Assembly (NCBI GenBank): GCA_017654855.1
Contig: CM030338.1
Span: 2,666,001 to 2,730,000, forward strand
DNA from: Podospora anserina
Lineage: Eukaryota
DNA length: 64,000 nucleotides
Direction of reading: 5' to 3'
Numbering within the stretch: the stretch's first letter is position 1; each line of letters starts with the position of its first letter. The position numbers were made by a program, and so were the translations under genes. The notes under the pieces were generated by a model. It saw only the letters and a list, made by a program, of their open reading frames with translations, had not been told where the DNA came from and made no database searches. Shown piece by piece: positions 1 to 13,542 of this stretch.

Positions 1-56
1 GACGAAAGCTATACACAGCGCGCAACCAACAAACGGACGGGTTACGAGAGACCAAG

Positions 57-1467
57 ATGGCTCGCACCAAAGCCGCGCCGATCAGGCGGGAGCCGTCGTC
101 TGAGTACACCGCGGGGGAACTGAAACGGACGGCGAGTGGACGGGTTGTCGAAGAGGAGAATGGGACGGTGGCGGAAAAGGTGGAAAGGGAGATTGCAGAC
201 GCCGTCGTGGTGGTGACGAAGCCGGGGAAGAAGGAGGCGGGCGTAGTGACGCTTGTTGTCTGCGTGGCGGGGATATATGCCTCCTTGTTTGTTTTCCTCT
301 GTCCCCCTTTCCAAACAACAGCCGTGATTGCTAACGATGGACAGTCTAACCTGGGCCTACCTCCAAGAAAAACTCACAACGACCACCCACGGCCCGAACA
401 AGGAAAGGTTCAAGTTCTCGGTTTTTCTCCTCACAATCCAGAGCCTGTTTGCCGGCTTGGGCGGGCTGCTCTTCACGTGGGTGAGCACACCCAAAGGGGA
501 GAAGATGAAGAGTCCGGTCCCCAACAGGGGGATCTTGCCACCGTTGCTGCTTGTCGCGGTGACGAACGCGTTGGCCGCGCCGTTTGGGTACGCTGCTTTG
601 GGGCACATCGACTACATCACGTTCATCCTGGCCAAGTCGTGCAAGTTGCTGCCGGTGATGGCGCTGCATGTGACGGTTTTTAGGAAGAGGTACCCGCTTT
701 ATAAATACTTGGTTGTTGCGGCGGTCACGACGGGGGTGGCGGTTTTCACGCTGCATTCGGGGAGTAAGAAGCACAAGGCGGGAGGCGGAGGGAATTCGGG
801 GCAGACGGGGTGGGGGATGTTGCTGTTGGGGATCAACTTGCTGTTTGACGGGTTGACGAACAGTACGCAGGATTACATCTTTGGGGCTGATAGGAGCTAT
901 ACGGGGCCGCAGATGATGGCTGCGAATAATTTGCTGAGCGGGGCGCTGACAGGGGGGTATTTGGTGATGAGCCCGTGGTTGGTGAGGACGGGGGTGGGGA
1001 GGTGGTTTGGGATGGATGTTGCTGGGGGTGGGGGGGAGCTGGTGGCTGCGCTGGAGTTTTTGGGGAGGCACCCGCGTGTTTGGAGGGATGTGCTTGGGTT
1101 TGCGGTTTGTGGGTGTGTGGGGCAGGTTTTTATTTGTGAGTTGTTTTTATTTTGAAGGATCGTGGTTGATGTTGATGATGATGATGATGATGGTTGGATG
1201 GGTGGGTTGGCTAACAGGATGGGAATTTTTCTAGTCCATACGCTCTCGACTTTCTCGTCGGTGCTGCTCGTTACTGTCACGGTGACGAGGAAGATGTTCA
1301 CCATGATTCTGAGCGTGATTGCGTTTGGACATACGCTGTCCCAGATGCAGTGGTTGGGGGTTGGGCTGGTGTTTGGTGGGATTGGAGTTGAGGCGCAGAT
1401 TGCGAGGAAGGAGAAGTTGGCCAAGGAGGCTGCCAAGAAGGCGGCTAAGGCTGGGAAGAAGGAATAG
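57..1467 (+). CDS. HUT1: UDP-galactose transporter homolog 1 (UAA family, SLC35B1-like); exons 57-286, 345-1135, 1235-1467
   Basis: Splicing at GTTTGT(287)..GCTAAC..CAG(344) and GTGAGT(1136)..GCTAAC..TAG(1234) gives GIYASFLTWAYLQE, ILAKSCKLLPVM, DGLTNSTQD and GQVFIFHTLSTFSS...VTVTRKMFTM. C-terminal KKE resembles a di-lysine ER retrieval signal. Confidence 0.92.
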
Positions 1468-1528
1468 ATTTTTTTTTCTGGTGGGAAAGATAGATAGAAA
1501 GGGGGGAAACAGAGATACCGTACACTAT

Positions 1529-1533
<5 letters not shown>

Positions 1534-1563
<30 letters not shown>
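1534..1563. repeat. (AG)n microsatellite
   Basis: About 15 AG units downstream of the HUT1 stop. Confidence 0.95.
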
Positions 1564-1564
<1 letters not shown>

Positions 1565-2188
1565 ATGTCATGGCATGGGGGAACTGTATATATGTGTTGC
1601 TGTGACATTGCTTGGGTGTTGGAGAGACAGAGGTTTTGTATGATATTTGAACATTGACCGCTTGAGAGCATTTGATAGGCTCCTAGTTTGCCCCTGTTTG
1701 ACCAGTCTTTGTACCCTCTCTATCAACCACCCTCCCTACTGGAGCAATATGCCTCTCGCCACTGCTCTTACAACCATCGAATCTTTGTGTGAAATAGCTT
1801 GTTCATATACTTCATCTACAAGCCAAACTTGCCATCCCTAACTGCTAGTCTACGCCACCAATTCCCCCATTGTACGTAAACCACACGACAACCTCTCTCC
1901 TTAAAACAGCAAACAAAACCCTCCCAATCCCATCCAGGTCAAAACTCCTTGTATAAAAAAAAAGAAAACCCACGCCCTGCGCTTAACAATTCAAAGCTAT
2001 GTACTTGAGAAAATGCAACTTGGGCAGACAAACCGAGCACCTGTCTGGATTGTCTCCGTTTGTGTCTCGATCTCCTCCTGTCCCAGTCCTTGAAGACGAC
2101 CAAATTGATAATCCAAATGCTGCAAAATGTCCCAAACAAAAAAGAAAAAAAAATAAAGGTCCCAAAACTAACCGAGCGCCTTCTCCGT

Positions 2189-2218
2189 GTATGTATGTAT
2201 GTATGTATGTATGTATGT
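2189..2218. repeat. (GTAT)n microsatellite
   Basis: About 7 GTAT units in the 3' region of the F-box gene. Confidence 0.9.
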
Positions 2219-2298
2219 TTGGGCCCAGCCAACAAAGCAAGAAGCACTTTCTTTACTTTGCCCCAACCCCCCTATTCATCACCCCAGCAACCAACCCC

Positions 2299-4380
2299 TT
2301 ACATAACCGCACACCCCACCGTCCTCCCCCTCCCCCTCCCCCTGTGCCCCTGCTGGTGCACCCCCTGATCCTCCTCCAACACCGCCCTCGTCGCCGTCAC
2401 CCTCCTCCGTCTCCTCCACCCTCCCGCAACCTCCATCTCGTTCTCCGCCTGCATGTACTCGGCCCACTTCCTCTCCACCCTCCTCGCACCCCCCAAATCC
2501 CCCTTCAGCACCCGCCTCGTATGCTCATCGACAGTCATCTGCCACGTGTGAAAACACCTCAGTCCAATCACCTCCTTCCCTTTCCTCCCCCCGCCAATCT
2601 CAACAACCCCATCCTTTGCCGGTCTTGCCATCGGAGGCTCCGAGTTCCTAGATAGGATCTCGAGAACCCCCGTCCAGGTGACAAGGGGGGTATCATACAC
2701 CGTCAGCTCAAGCGTAGTCCTCGGGAGGGGAGGAGAAGAAGAAGCCGATGATGGGGGGGATAGGCTTCGGTTCCGAACCATATTGGCCGCCTCGGTAAGA
2801 GTAAGGTTCGAAATGCGGGTGTTGTCCATCACGACTGATTTCAGGCTTGTGCACGCCTGAAAAACGGGTAGCATCCCCACGTCCGAGACAGAGTCACACC
2901 CCGAGATGGAGAGGTGCTCCAGCTTTGTCGAGCACGGGGCTCGGGAGAGGGCCGTGAATGAGGAGTTGGTTAAATGAGGCAACTCTTCCAGGTCGAGGTG
3001 GGTGAGGTTGGGGCATGAGGCGAGAATTGGGTCGAGGGCCGAGTCGGTCAGCTGGGTAAGGTTCGACAGGGAGAGGCCTTCGAGGTGGGGGGTGACGTGG
3101 GCGAGGGATTTGATGCTGTTGTCTGATAGGCGGCTGCAGCGGGTGAGGTCCAGGTGGCGGAGTTTGCGAGGGGGTGTTAGAGGGCGGTTGGTGAGCATGT
3201 CGAATTCGGGGGTTGGTCCCAAGATCATGGTTCTGAAGGTGTCGTCTGTCATGTCCGAGCAGTTGGATAGGATCAGTCGCTCGAGGTTGTTGGTCGAAAA
3301 GATGGCGGTTGCTACGTCGGCGTCGGACGAAAAACCGCGGACACTGCTCGCGCGGAGGTCGCGGAGTTTGGGGCAGCCTTCGAGGACGAATCGGATGCCG
3401 CGGGCGTCCATTTGTTTGCAACCAGAAACATCGAGGGTCTCCAAGTCGGGGCATTCCCGGGAGATGATCTTGCAGGTGGCATTGTTGACTGCTGGGAGGC
3501 CGGTGAGGTTGAGGTGAACGAGCTGGTTGTTAGCCTTGAGGAGGGTGTGTAGAGTCGGCCGTTGGAAGTTACGGCACCCTTCCAACGAAGTGCTGTAGAG
3601 GTTGTGGCAGGCGGCAACCAAGCGCTGAGCCCGTTGCATGTGCTCGATTTGGAGGCAGCCCCTGAGGTTGAGGTCGTGCACAAACGGTCCGGCCGTTTCC
3701 AGAATCTTGGTCAACGACTCGGCTGGGATCTCTCTGTAGAACTTTGAGGCGTCGAATTCCGTCCAAAGCTGGCCATCAAAGCACAGCTCATGGAACCTCT
3801 TTGACACTCGTGAGATCCGGACAAGCTCTTTTGGCGAGAGGAACGAGAGAACATGGATTTTGATCTCATTCGGTATCGTGTCCCAGAAATTGAAAATCTT
3901 GGCCCTCTTCTTGATTTCCGTCGGCAAAGAGATGGTCATCGGCGCAGAAACGGGGTGGTCAACCTTGCGAACCGCCAAGACAGACTCGATGCCATCGTAA
4001 CCCGGTGTCTCGACAGCCGGCGTTGCGGCAACGGAAGTCGGGGCGGTTGACACGTCTCCAAATGGAAAGTAGGAGGAACTGCTGCTCGGTTGGCCAAATG
4101 GTGACGGCGTCGAAGCCAGGCTCACACACGACAGCGAAGAAGCCGAGCTTCTATACGGGGCGCTCGACGCTCTGGGACGGCTGATTCGGGCACGGAGGCT
4201 CTGCGAAGACGATATCCGCTGCAGACCCCTCAAAAGTCTTTGCCGGCCTTTGCTCTTGTGCTGCAACACCGGGAATTGCTCAGCAGCATCACCTCCGGGC
4301 TGGACGTCCAAGCTGCCGGCCTCGGAAGCGGGGCTCGCCGGCGAACCCGGGGTCGTGTGGGAAATAGTGGAGTCGGCCAT
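2299..4380 (-). CDS. F-box / leucine-rich repeat protein (FBXL-type SCF substrate adaptor)
   Basis: Single ORF with first ATG at 4380 (MADSTISH). F-box WDTIPNEIKIHVLSFLSPKELVRISRVSKRFHELCFDGQLW is followed by many cysteine-containing LRRs (LNLRGC, LDVSGC, LILSNC, LDLTRC, LSISGC). Confidence 0.9.
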   Translation of the reverse strand: MADSTISHTTPGSPASPASEAGSLDVQPGGDAAEQFPVLQHKSKGRQRLLRGLQRISSSQSLRARISRPRASSAPYRSSASSLSCVSLASTPSPFGQPSSSSSYFPFGDVSTAPTSVAATPAVETPGYDGIESVLAVRKVDHPVSAPMTISLPTEIKKRAKIFNFWDTIPNEIKIHVLSFLSPKELVRISRVSKRFHELCFDGQLWTEFDASKFYREIPAESLTKILETAGPFVHDLNLRGCLQIEHMQRAQRLVAACHNLYSTSLEGCRNFQRPTLHTLLKANNQLVHLNLTGLPAVNNATCKIISRECPDLETLDVSGCKQMDARGIRFVLEGCPKLRDLRASSVRGFSSDADVATAIFSTNNLERLILSNCSDMTDDTFRTMILGPTPEFDMLTNRPLTPPRKLRHLDLTRCSRLSDNSIKSLAHVTPHLEGLSLSNLTQLTDSALDPILASCPNLTHLDLEELPHLTNSSFTALSRAPCSTKLEHLSISGCDSVSDVGMLPVFQACTSLKSVVMDNTRISNLTLTEAANMVRNRSLSPPSSASSSPPLPRTTLELTVYDTPLVTWTGVLEILSRNSEPPMARPAKDGVVEIGGGRKGKEVIGLRCFHTWQMTVDEHTRRVLKGDLGGARRVERKWAEYMQAENEMEVAGGWRRRRRVTATRAVLEEDQGVHQQGHRGRGRGRTVGCAVM

Positions 4381-5414
4381 AACGGCGACAGGACCGGGAA
4401 CCGTATCCGGAGTTTTGGTTTGGAATCTGACAAGCAAACGAACCACGGAGGAAAGCAAGAAAGAAGTTTCAAGTAATCAAAACAACGGATTCTAGAAGAA
4501 AGGGGGACAGCAAAGACGGTTATCAAAAAGGCAGTGCGTTGTTTATGGGTTCCCCCTTCCAATGGCGCCTCGGGATCGCTGAACCGGGAAGAGTGGCGCT
4601 GTTTTAAGTCAATGGTGGAGTGGGGGTGTTCCAGAATAGGGCAGCGGGCGAGGGGCAACGACCAGCAAAGACAAAGGACGAGTCCGTGAACCTCGTGGTT
4701 CCAGCGGCAAGTCCTATCAAGTTCACCAGCTGTTCCCTGACTACTCGTGGTCAAGCCCTGATTCGGTTCCTAGGGCCTTGTGCCTGTTTGAGAAGCTCGG
4801 GATCTCTGGAAACTTTGGCTGGTCGAGCTGGTGCAGATCAAAGCGGGGAGAGCGAGAGAGGCACTAGAGGTTTGGAGGAATTGGATCCTTTGGGACCTGG
4901 CCGGCTGCGAGGTGTGTTGATCCGTGGGATGGTGTGGCCGACTTTCCCGGTGCGGAAGTGATTGGACCGTCAGGAGAAACTGCGAAGGTCTGGCCAGGAC
5001 AGGGAGTTCAGCCTCAGGCGGTCGGGGAGCAATGGGAGCCAGTTGTTTCATGCAGGGGAGAGAACAGAAAAAGTTGAGATGGGAGTCGGTGCAAAGGCTG
5101 GGAGTTATGTAAAATGTCAGAAACAGGTCAAGAGAGAGACCGACGATAAGATAGATACCTAGATACGAATACTGTGCCTGGATGGATTCCCGCAGGGTCC
5201 TAGGACTGCAGCCAGAAAAGTCTGGTTGTCCCCCTCCCCCCCACCGGATTTCTGATTTACCAGGCAAATGGCATCCCGAATACCCTTAGTCCGAATAGGA
5301 TAACCAGGGAAAGGCAAGGGTTCTCCAACATTTGTGGTGGTGTGGTTGCACGAGTTTCCCTGCATCCAAGCGTCCACCGTCTCTTTTGGGGAAGAGCCAG
5401 AGGACCCCGAGAAC

Positions 5415-5440
5415 AAAAAAAAAAAAAAAAAAAAAAAAAA
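5415..5440. repeat. poly(A) tract, 26 nt
   Basis: Uninterrupted A run in the long divergent intergenic region. Confidence 0.9.
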
Positions 5441-8400
5441 GGAGGCCAGCTGCACTCAAGAGCCCGCATCTGACCAGTCTTCGTGGCACCCATCGAGTCG
5501 TTCGTGACTTATACCACTGATGGCGATTGGTTCTTGGTGTTCCAATGTTTGTTTTCGTCGCCCATGCGACCCCTCCTGGTCTTATCTTATCTTTGTGGTT
5601 GATGTTGGCCCCATCTTGGCTTCTGTTGTCTGTGATTCTTGTTGATCGAAAACATGGCGTTGCTCGACAAAGAGAGACGGAGCCGCCGTTTAGCCCGTCA
5701 GCACCATTGTTACCATGGAAGTGGTGGTCAGCAAAGCTCTGGGTGGCCAAAAGACCCCTTATCAGCCCGGCTTATCCAGCGCAGATCTGCCCCTCACTGT
5801 CACTTATCAATCTTTACCCCGCCAATTCGCCATCCCGACAATGCCATAGACACAGCCAGCCGAAGCCAGGAATACCACCTCGAAACAGAGTCAGGTAGCG
5901 AGCGGACTTATATTTTGGCAAGAGAACGGAAAGGGAATATTCTGCGGGTGGCTTTCTTGGTGTGTAGGGCAAGGGGGGACCCTGCAGTGAGCGAGCGGTC
6001 TTCCAATGAGCATCACCTATCGGTCAGACGGCTTGCATCCGGGCCGTAAACCCAGCGCTTGGCTGCGCACAACTCTGGATGATGATAAAGAAGAAGAAGA
6101 AGAAGAAGAAGAAGAGGACAGCATGCAACGAGGTGGTTCGCTCAGGGCAATAGCTCGCCATTCACATCTACTAACCATGTGGCTACTTGTAGGGATTCCA
6201 AAAAGTAGCATAGGGTGGGGAGGCGGTGGCAGAGCAAAGTCTGCTGACATGACTCGTCCATGACGAACGTCCCAAGTGACCGTTCCTCTGTGCAAAGCGT
6301 CAAGCAGGAACATGGGACTATGGCCACGGGATCATGCCAGTTGGAGGTTGCTTGAATTGGGGTCGACCATCACTATTTATGTAGTTATTTTTGTTTGATT
6401 TCTGACTTGTTGGCCACATTGGCCCCGAGAACATCTCCCGTCCTTCTGGCCGTTTCATCCACCCGAGATGGTGGGCCGGACACCGACCCGGCGCGGAGGG
6501 TCGGTCCCGGAAGCTCGGCAAAGTGGAGCCTTTCCACGGCCGGGCCTTCTTCTGGTGCTTCCCGAAGCTTGCAGCTCCCCACGCTTGGCGAGTGGCTTCC
6601 AAGGCTTGGCCCATCTGCTGTGATGCCCAAAAAGAGCGAAAAAATGTGCCGCTGGACAGCATCACCTCATATAAGCAGCTGACCGCAAGATCCCATGATA
6701 CCATCTCCCCACAACTGAGCTCTGAGTAATTTTGGCTTGACAGGTCGTAGTGTGTGTGAGAGCGATGTTGCTAGGGATGTATGACTTCGAAGCGAGATCG
6801 GAATACTACCTTCTACACGCGGGATGCATGCGGGGGTTGTTGGTGATTCTTCACCTCTGGCATTGCCCCTCCATGAGCGCTGGAATGAGATCACGATGTC
6901 GTGGTTGTGTCTTGGATTCAGGGCGATAAAATACCTCGAAAATCATGCAGGCCATGCGATCGTGCGACATTGGGGACCATCGCAGGGTCTAACCTGCGGA
7001 AAAGAAATAGCAAACTCTGGAAATGATCAACATGACAAGATGCTGGGAAGCTGCACGATGACCTCGCCCGAGACGTCTTTCGCCGAGTGGCTGTTGTGCC
7101 TCTGTGCCTCTTGTGCCACTGCCCGTAGTGGCTGCTGGAAGCCGTCGTCGTCTGAATACCTTTCAAGGTAGTTCAATATCTGTCAGTTAGGCAACTGCCG
7201 GAGGGCCTTGCAACGATGAGACCAAAACCCAAACACCTGCTGAACCCCAGTTGGCCTGCCGTTCTTTTCACATGGGCCCCCGCGTTGGGACTGCAACCAA
7301 TGCAACGGCAGCCATGCGGATCTCACCAAAAAGCAGGGAAGGAATTCGAGGAATGAGGGTTTCGTTCGGGGTCCACAGTGCGTTTCCAGCAGCTTGGGAC
7401 TGTGGCGGGCTTGGCTGGTTGGGTTGAAGGTGGTCTCTAACTGGGCAGAGAGAAGCAAGCCTGCAGCCATCCTCATTTCGTGATACCGGCGGGGGAACAG
7501 GAACACGCGTGGTAGTTCATCAGAGATATTACACAGCCTTAACCCGTCCTGGATGCCTGGAGAAACGGACCTGTGTCATGCCGTTGTTGTATCGAGCATT
7601 TGTTGACTTTTGCCCTTTGAAGCGGCAGAACAAAAAGCCACTTCAGCGCTTACCGCGCCGGGCCGCGGGGGTCTGTGTGGCCGTTTGGGGCTTTTTGGCC
7701 TCGGGATGATCACTGCGGCCAAATGTTCTACCGTGTGCGCACTGTGCTGCGATGGGCTGCCCTATGGTGGCCAACCTGAACTCCCCCTCTGCCCGCCCCA
7801 TCACTGCTCGTCATGCACATCTAAACTTGGGGCAGCCCGCTAAATACTTGCAAGAGCGGACCCAGCGAGTGACAGATCATCCTCACAATCTCGATTTCGC
7901 TGCAAACAACGTGCGACGGCCAGCGACACAATTCCATCAGGCACCTATCCAGACTTTGAGAGAACCACAAGGCATCTGACTGACAGCAGCCACGGTCGAA
8001 TCAACTCGAACCCATCCATCCCTCCACTGCTGCCCGTCGCTTGTCCAGTCGCGGTCGCAGCCGCAGTCGCAGTCGCACTCTTCCTCAACGGGCCCTCCGA
8101 TTTCGAAAGTGCATGCATACCTCACCTGGCAGCCCTATCGAGAGCTTCAAAAATCTGCACCTCGTCCCCTGCACTCGCCGCTGCCCTACCTCCGTACTCA
8201 AGACACCAGCTATTTTCTGCGCCGCCAAAGTACTAGGGGACCAAATACAAAGAGGTGTGGGCTCTGAATCTTGTCTTGTCTTTGAGCTTGACCACACCCG
8301 ACAGACAGACGTAGCTTGGGCTCGACTATTGCCAACCCCGCCAGTCGCGAGCCAGGAGACACGAGCCACGAGCCACGAGCCTCTCCCCTCTCTCCAACAC

Positions 8401-8685
8401 ATACCCTTCCATACGCATTTGCTACACTGCAGACCACTGAATACACTCTGCTTGTGCCAATTATGCTCGGTGTATATGGTGGGAACCATGACAATGGTGG
8501 GTTTCACGGATACCTAATGCTACGCCGCTCTTCTTTGCCCGCACAGTCGGAGTCAGTGCTGACAAGGGGCCAACCCGGTGACAGGCGACGAAACACGACA
8601 CGATGCCGAGGAGCAGCGCGGCCGGTCAAGGCTCTCGCCGGGCTTGCACATCCCAAAGAACCGAAGCACGGGAAACCTAGGGCAT

Positions 8686-11600
8686 ATGGGCGGTGATAAC
8701 TCTGAAAAGGCTCGAATCCGATTCTCGTTTGATGCTGGGCCCTCTGCCACGGAATATGACACCATCACAAGGTTAGCTCGAGTCGAGATGTGTTGGGGCT
8801 TCGTCACTGTGTTTGGTCTTTGAACTGCCTGAGCTGAAAATACTGACATGTTGGTCCTTTCAGGAGCTCAATCATGACGGACCACGATCACGGCTTGGGC
8901 CTGTCAGGGCTCAGGCGCATCCGGCAGCAGCACAATCCCGTTCGAGCTCCCACGATGCCTTCCTCTGGAAGTCGGGCACCTTCTCTCAGCGCTCTCACCA
9001 GATGCTCGTCCGTTTCGGTGCTGTCCGACATGGGCAACACACCCATCTCTCCTGGCCCAACTTCTCCTGCCTTTACTGAAGACCTGAACCGCTTTCCGTC
9101 CGAGTCGTTGCATTCCTTTTCGTTTGCGCATCAGTCTGAAGACCTTTTGCACAGCCGCCAAAATGTCCTCAAAAAGTCCATCGAGTTTATGAAAGATCGG
9201 ATGGGCTGGTCGGTCTCGACGAGCGCTGCCATGGCCAGCGCGCAAGCTCGGGTCACTGGTGACGTGGAGATGCAGAACATGCTGGACCTCCTCGCGAAAG
9301 CCCAACTGGTAGGGGCTGGTAACATTCCAAATGGGGACCTTAGCATCCCCACAGGTCCACTGAGCGGTCCTGCAACCATGTCTGACGAGAATGTGTTTGA
9401 TAAGGAGTTCATCCCGAGGACTGAAAGCCCAGGTCCGATCGAGAGAACGCCCTTGTTGTCCCCCTTGACCCTGGAACCTGCTGAGCTGAAGGATGCGCCG
9501 GCTACTGCACCCCTCCCCAGACCTCAGCTCCTCATGGGAGGAGAGCCCGACTCTGAGAGCTCATCGAGAACCCCCACCAACGAGAGCGGCACGACAGCAA
9601 AAACGCACACAACCGGGAAGACGACACCTCCTCCACCTGCTATTCGTCCGAACGCTGCGCTGAAGCGGACCATGACCGACACTGTCCAGATATCGGTGCA
9701 GCAAAAGCTTATGGACGCCATGGCCCAGCCGTTCCTTGCCACCGAGCCGGTCCAAGCACAGCACATCATCTCGCGAAAATCACCTCAGCAAGCCTTCACT
9801 CCCATGATCAACACAGCTACCTCGCTGCCGGGTGCGGCACATGGCTCCACGAGATGGGTACCTGCCGCCCAGGCCATTTTCACCACAGAGTCGAAGCCAC
9901 CATGGACGATTCTTGCCGCCAACGATCTTGCCTGTTTGCTTTTTGGTGTGACCAAGGCCGAGGTCAGGAAGATGGGCATCTTGGAGGTGGTGCAGGAAGA
10001 AAGGCGGAACTGGCTGTCGCGAAAGCTGCAGGCGGGCGTGCACGACGATGCGGGAGATGGCTCTGAGAACGATGCCCCTTCACCGACGAAAGTAACCACG
10101 CCGACTAAGAGTCTGCTCGGTGCTCGCGGGGGTGGAATCACGGCAAAACTCTTGAGCAAGCCCAATTCGAGGACGCAGGCCCCCAAGACTGGCCGGCGAC
10201 CTGCAACGATCCACAACGGCGACCCTAAGCCACCAAAGCCGGGGCATGCTCATAACAACAGCAAGTCTAGGGGCGTGCTGCTGTGCGGAGACGTGGTCCC
10301 GATCCAAAAGCGAAACGGCGCAACGGGTTCGGCCAGCTTGTGGGTGAAGGAGAAGAAGGTGGGCCTCATCTGGGTCTTGGAGGAGATCCACGAGGACGTT
10401 GCATATGTGGACGTTGACGAAGACGGCAACGTTGTCAAACTTTCCGGTGCGCTGGGCCCTATTTGGGGAGACGAGACGATCCAGCCTGGTCTGGACGTTG
10501 GGCGGTTGATACCCCGTATTCCGCGCCAAGGCTTTGACCCACGGTTCGGCGAGGTCGACTACTATGAGATTACCAAGAAGAAGTACTACACCTGCCGAAA
10601 CTGCGACAGAATCAACATTCCGGCCACAGTCGAGCAGGTCCGGGGGACAACTGAACTGCGAGTGTCCAGTTTCCCCCACATTGCCGGTATCGTTGTGATA
10701 GCCCCTCAGAGCTTGAAGATCAAGAGCTCAAACTCTGTCTTTTGTGGCGCCCTTTTCGGTCACGAGAAGCCGGACGGGATGTCTATCAACAGCCTAGTGC
10801 CGAACTTTGACAGGATCCTTCAGATTCTGACGGACGAAGATGGCATTCACTTGGTTGATGGCATCGTGATTCCGGAGCACTCCTTCAGGAAAGCATCGGC
10901 CTTCCTTGCCCTCAGAGAGGGCCGGCCGGATGCTGCAACGGGATTTTTGCGGCCCGAAGGTCTTCCGGCCAAGCATCGGGATGGCTCCGAACTCAAAATT
11001 GACATTCAGATGCGCGTGGTGAAGAGTGAAAACCAAACCACGATCCACGAGGAGGTGGTCGAGGAGGGGAGCGATGACGATTCGGCGTCTGGGGGAGCCA
11101 ACGACAAATTTGTGGTGCCACACACAGAGATGGTTTATGCTTTGTGGATAACCTACTCTAGGCACCTGCACGCATCCAGAACAAATTTGGGAGTATCGTC
11201 GCCGTTGCTCTCTGGCGCTGCCACCCCGCTTCACCAACCGTCACCTGGACAAACACCCGCGCATACACCGGTGGAAATGCAGTCGGATTCCGACAACGAG
11301 CCGCCAAAGGAGGAACAGACGGCCGCCTCCTCGCTGGCGAGACAGCTGAAGGACGCTGCTTACAACGCCGCTGCCAAAATCACCGGGGGTGCCATCAAGG
11401 GCACCGAGGCACCAATGGAGCAGCAACAACCGGCGATCGCGGCTGATGCCAAGTCAGAAGCAAAGAAGAAGAAGTCGATCGAGGACTTTGTCATCCTCGA
11501 GGAAATGGGACAAGGCGCCTACGGCCAAGTCAAGCTGGCCCGTTATCGCGACAGCGGCAAGCGCAGCATTCTCAAATATGTTACCAAGAGGCGCATTCTG

Positions 11601-12339
11601 GTCGACACGTGGACGCGAGACAGACGACTGGGTACCGTCCCGCTGGAGATCCACGTGCTGGATTACCTGCGTCGCGACGGCTTCAAGCACCCCAACATTG
11701 TCGAGATGGAGGACTTTTTCGAGGACGAAGTGAATTACTACATTGAGATGGTGCCGCACGGCTTGCCGGGGATGGATCTTTTCGACTACATTGAGCTTCG
11801 CGCCAACATGGAGGAGCAAGAGTGCCGGAGCATCTTTGTTCAGGTCGCGAGAGCGATTCACCACCTGCACACCAAGGCGCTGGTGGTGCACCGGGATATC
11901 AAGGACGAGAATGTCATCTTGGATGGGGAGGGAAGGATCAAGCTGATTGATTTTGGGAGCGCGGCGTATATCAAGAGCGGGCCGTTTGATGTTTTTGTGG
12001 GCACCATTGGTGAGACTTCTTGGTCACTTGTCAGAAAACTGTGGATCGCTGACATTAGATGAAACAACAGACTACGCAGCCCCAGAAGTTCTGGCTGGCA
12101 GGCCCTACGGCGGCAAAGAGCAGGATGTATGGGCCTTGGGCATTCTGCTCTACACCATCATCTACAAGGAGAACCCGTTCTACAGCATTGATGAGATTAT
12201 GGACCGGGACCTGAGGGTGCCGTATACCATCAGTGACGACAGCATTGATCTCATTCGGAAGATGCTGGATCGGAACGTGGAGCAGAGACTGGATATCGAG
12301 CAGGTGTTGGCGCATCCTTGGTGTAGGATGATGGAGTAG
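8686..12339 (+). CDS. PAS-kinase-like Ser/Thr protein kinase (PSK1/PSK2, ppk6-like); exons ~8686-8771, 8864-12009, 12071-12339; true start may lie further upstream
   Basis: PAS-like QAIFTTESKPPWTILAANDLACLLFG; kinase motifs MGQGAYGQV, VPLEIHVLDYL, HRDIKDEN, IDFGSAAY. Intron 12010-12070 joins GTI-DYAAPE. Intron 8772-8863 (GTTAGC..TACTGAC..CAG) joins an upstream exon in frame with the 8874 ORF. Confidence 0.88.
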
Positions 12340-13506
12340 ATGGGGGTTGGATGAAGAGAGTGATAGAGAGGAGGAAAAGAGGTGGTGGCGTGATGATACC
12401 CCGAGGTTTTTAGGAAGGAGGATAAAAATGGACAGTGACAGAGAGATGGTATTAGGGGGGGCGGGGGGGGTGGTTGGTTGTGGATTAAAACAAACAGAAG
12501 CTGAAGCGTTTTTCTTTCTTTGTTTCTTGTGCTGCTGTGGGTGGTTAAAGGAATCGTGGATGCATGGTTTATGGCGTATATGATTATTGAGATGAGTAAA
12601 GATGATGAGGGGGATGAAAATTGATGGGTTGGGTGGTATATTTCTTTGTGTTTCTTTTGTGGTGTTGAAGAAACGAAGAGATGTGGGGTTAGAGGAGGAG
12701 ATTGAGACCGAGAAGAGAGAGAGAGAAAGAAAGAGTGTATGATGCTGATGATGATGGGAGAGCTATATTCCATTTTTCACCACCTCTGTTGTTGTCATGG
12801 GAGTAAAGTCTGGTATACATTATTTTTCTTTAGTCAATCGAGAAGTTGTGAGTGTAGCCGGCGGCTGAGAGTCGTTCAAGCGTGCTATTCAACGGTGTTT
12901 GCAGTGATGGACAAAAACAGCGGGCTAATGCCAACCAAGCCAGGAACACACCAAGGCCCCTTCTTTCCTCCAACGGTGGGGGGGTGAACAGTCTACCTGT
13001 GGAGGAGTAGTCATGTCCACGTCCCCTTCAGCATACTTTCGTAATCCTCACTTGTCCATGCGACGACGAAGAGAAGGAGGGGGCCACACATCTGGCGTCT
13101 CTCACATCCCCGTCGTCATGGTCCTCCTCCTGCTCTACCTCCTCGTCTCCTGGCTCGGAAGAGTGAGCGTGCGTTGACGTTGATGGGGACTTCCTCGCCA
13201 AGCATGTCAACGTCTTCAGGCGCTTGCTCGTGCTCGGGGAAGAGGGACATTTCTACCTCTCGGGATAAGGGAATGGATCCCCACTGATTTTTGGCTGCTG
13301 GGGGGATTGTTAGCGTTTTGTCATTCGCTATGGGGTTTGATGCCCCTCTACTTGGAAGGGAAAGGGCAAAGGGGAGGATGAAGTGAGGTCATCGCCGTCT
13401 TCTTCTTTGGGCAGGAGAAGCGGATATGGATGTTGGGGAGGGATATACCGGCTTCTCATCTTGTCGACGGCCTTTCTCTTCCTGGCGGGCGCGGGCGCGG
13501 GCACGG

Positions 13507-13542
<36 letters not shown>

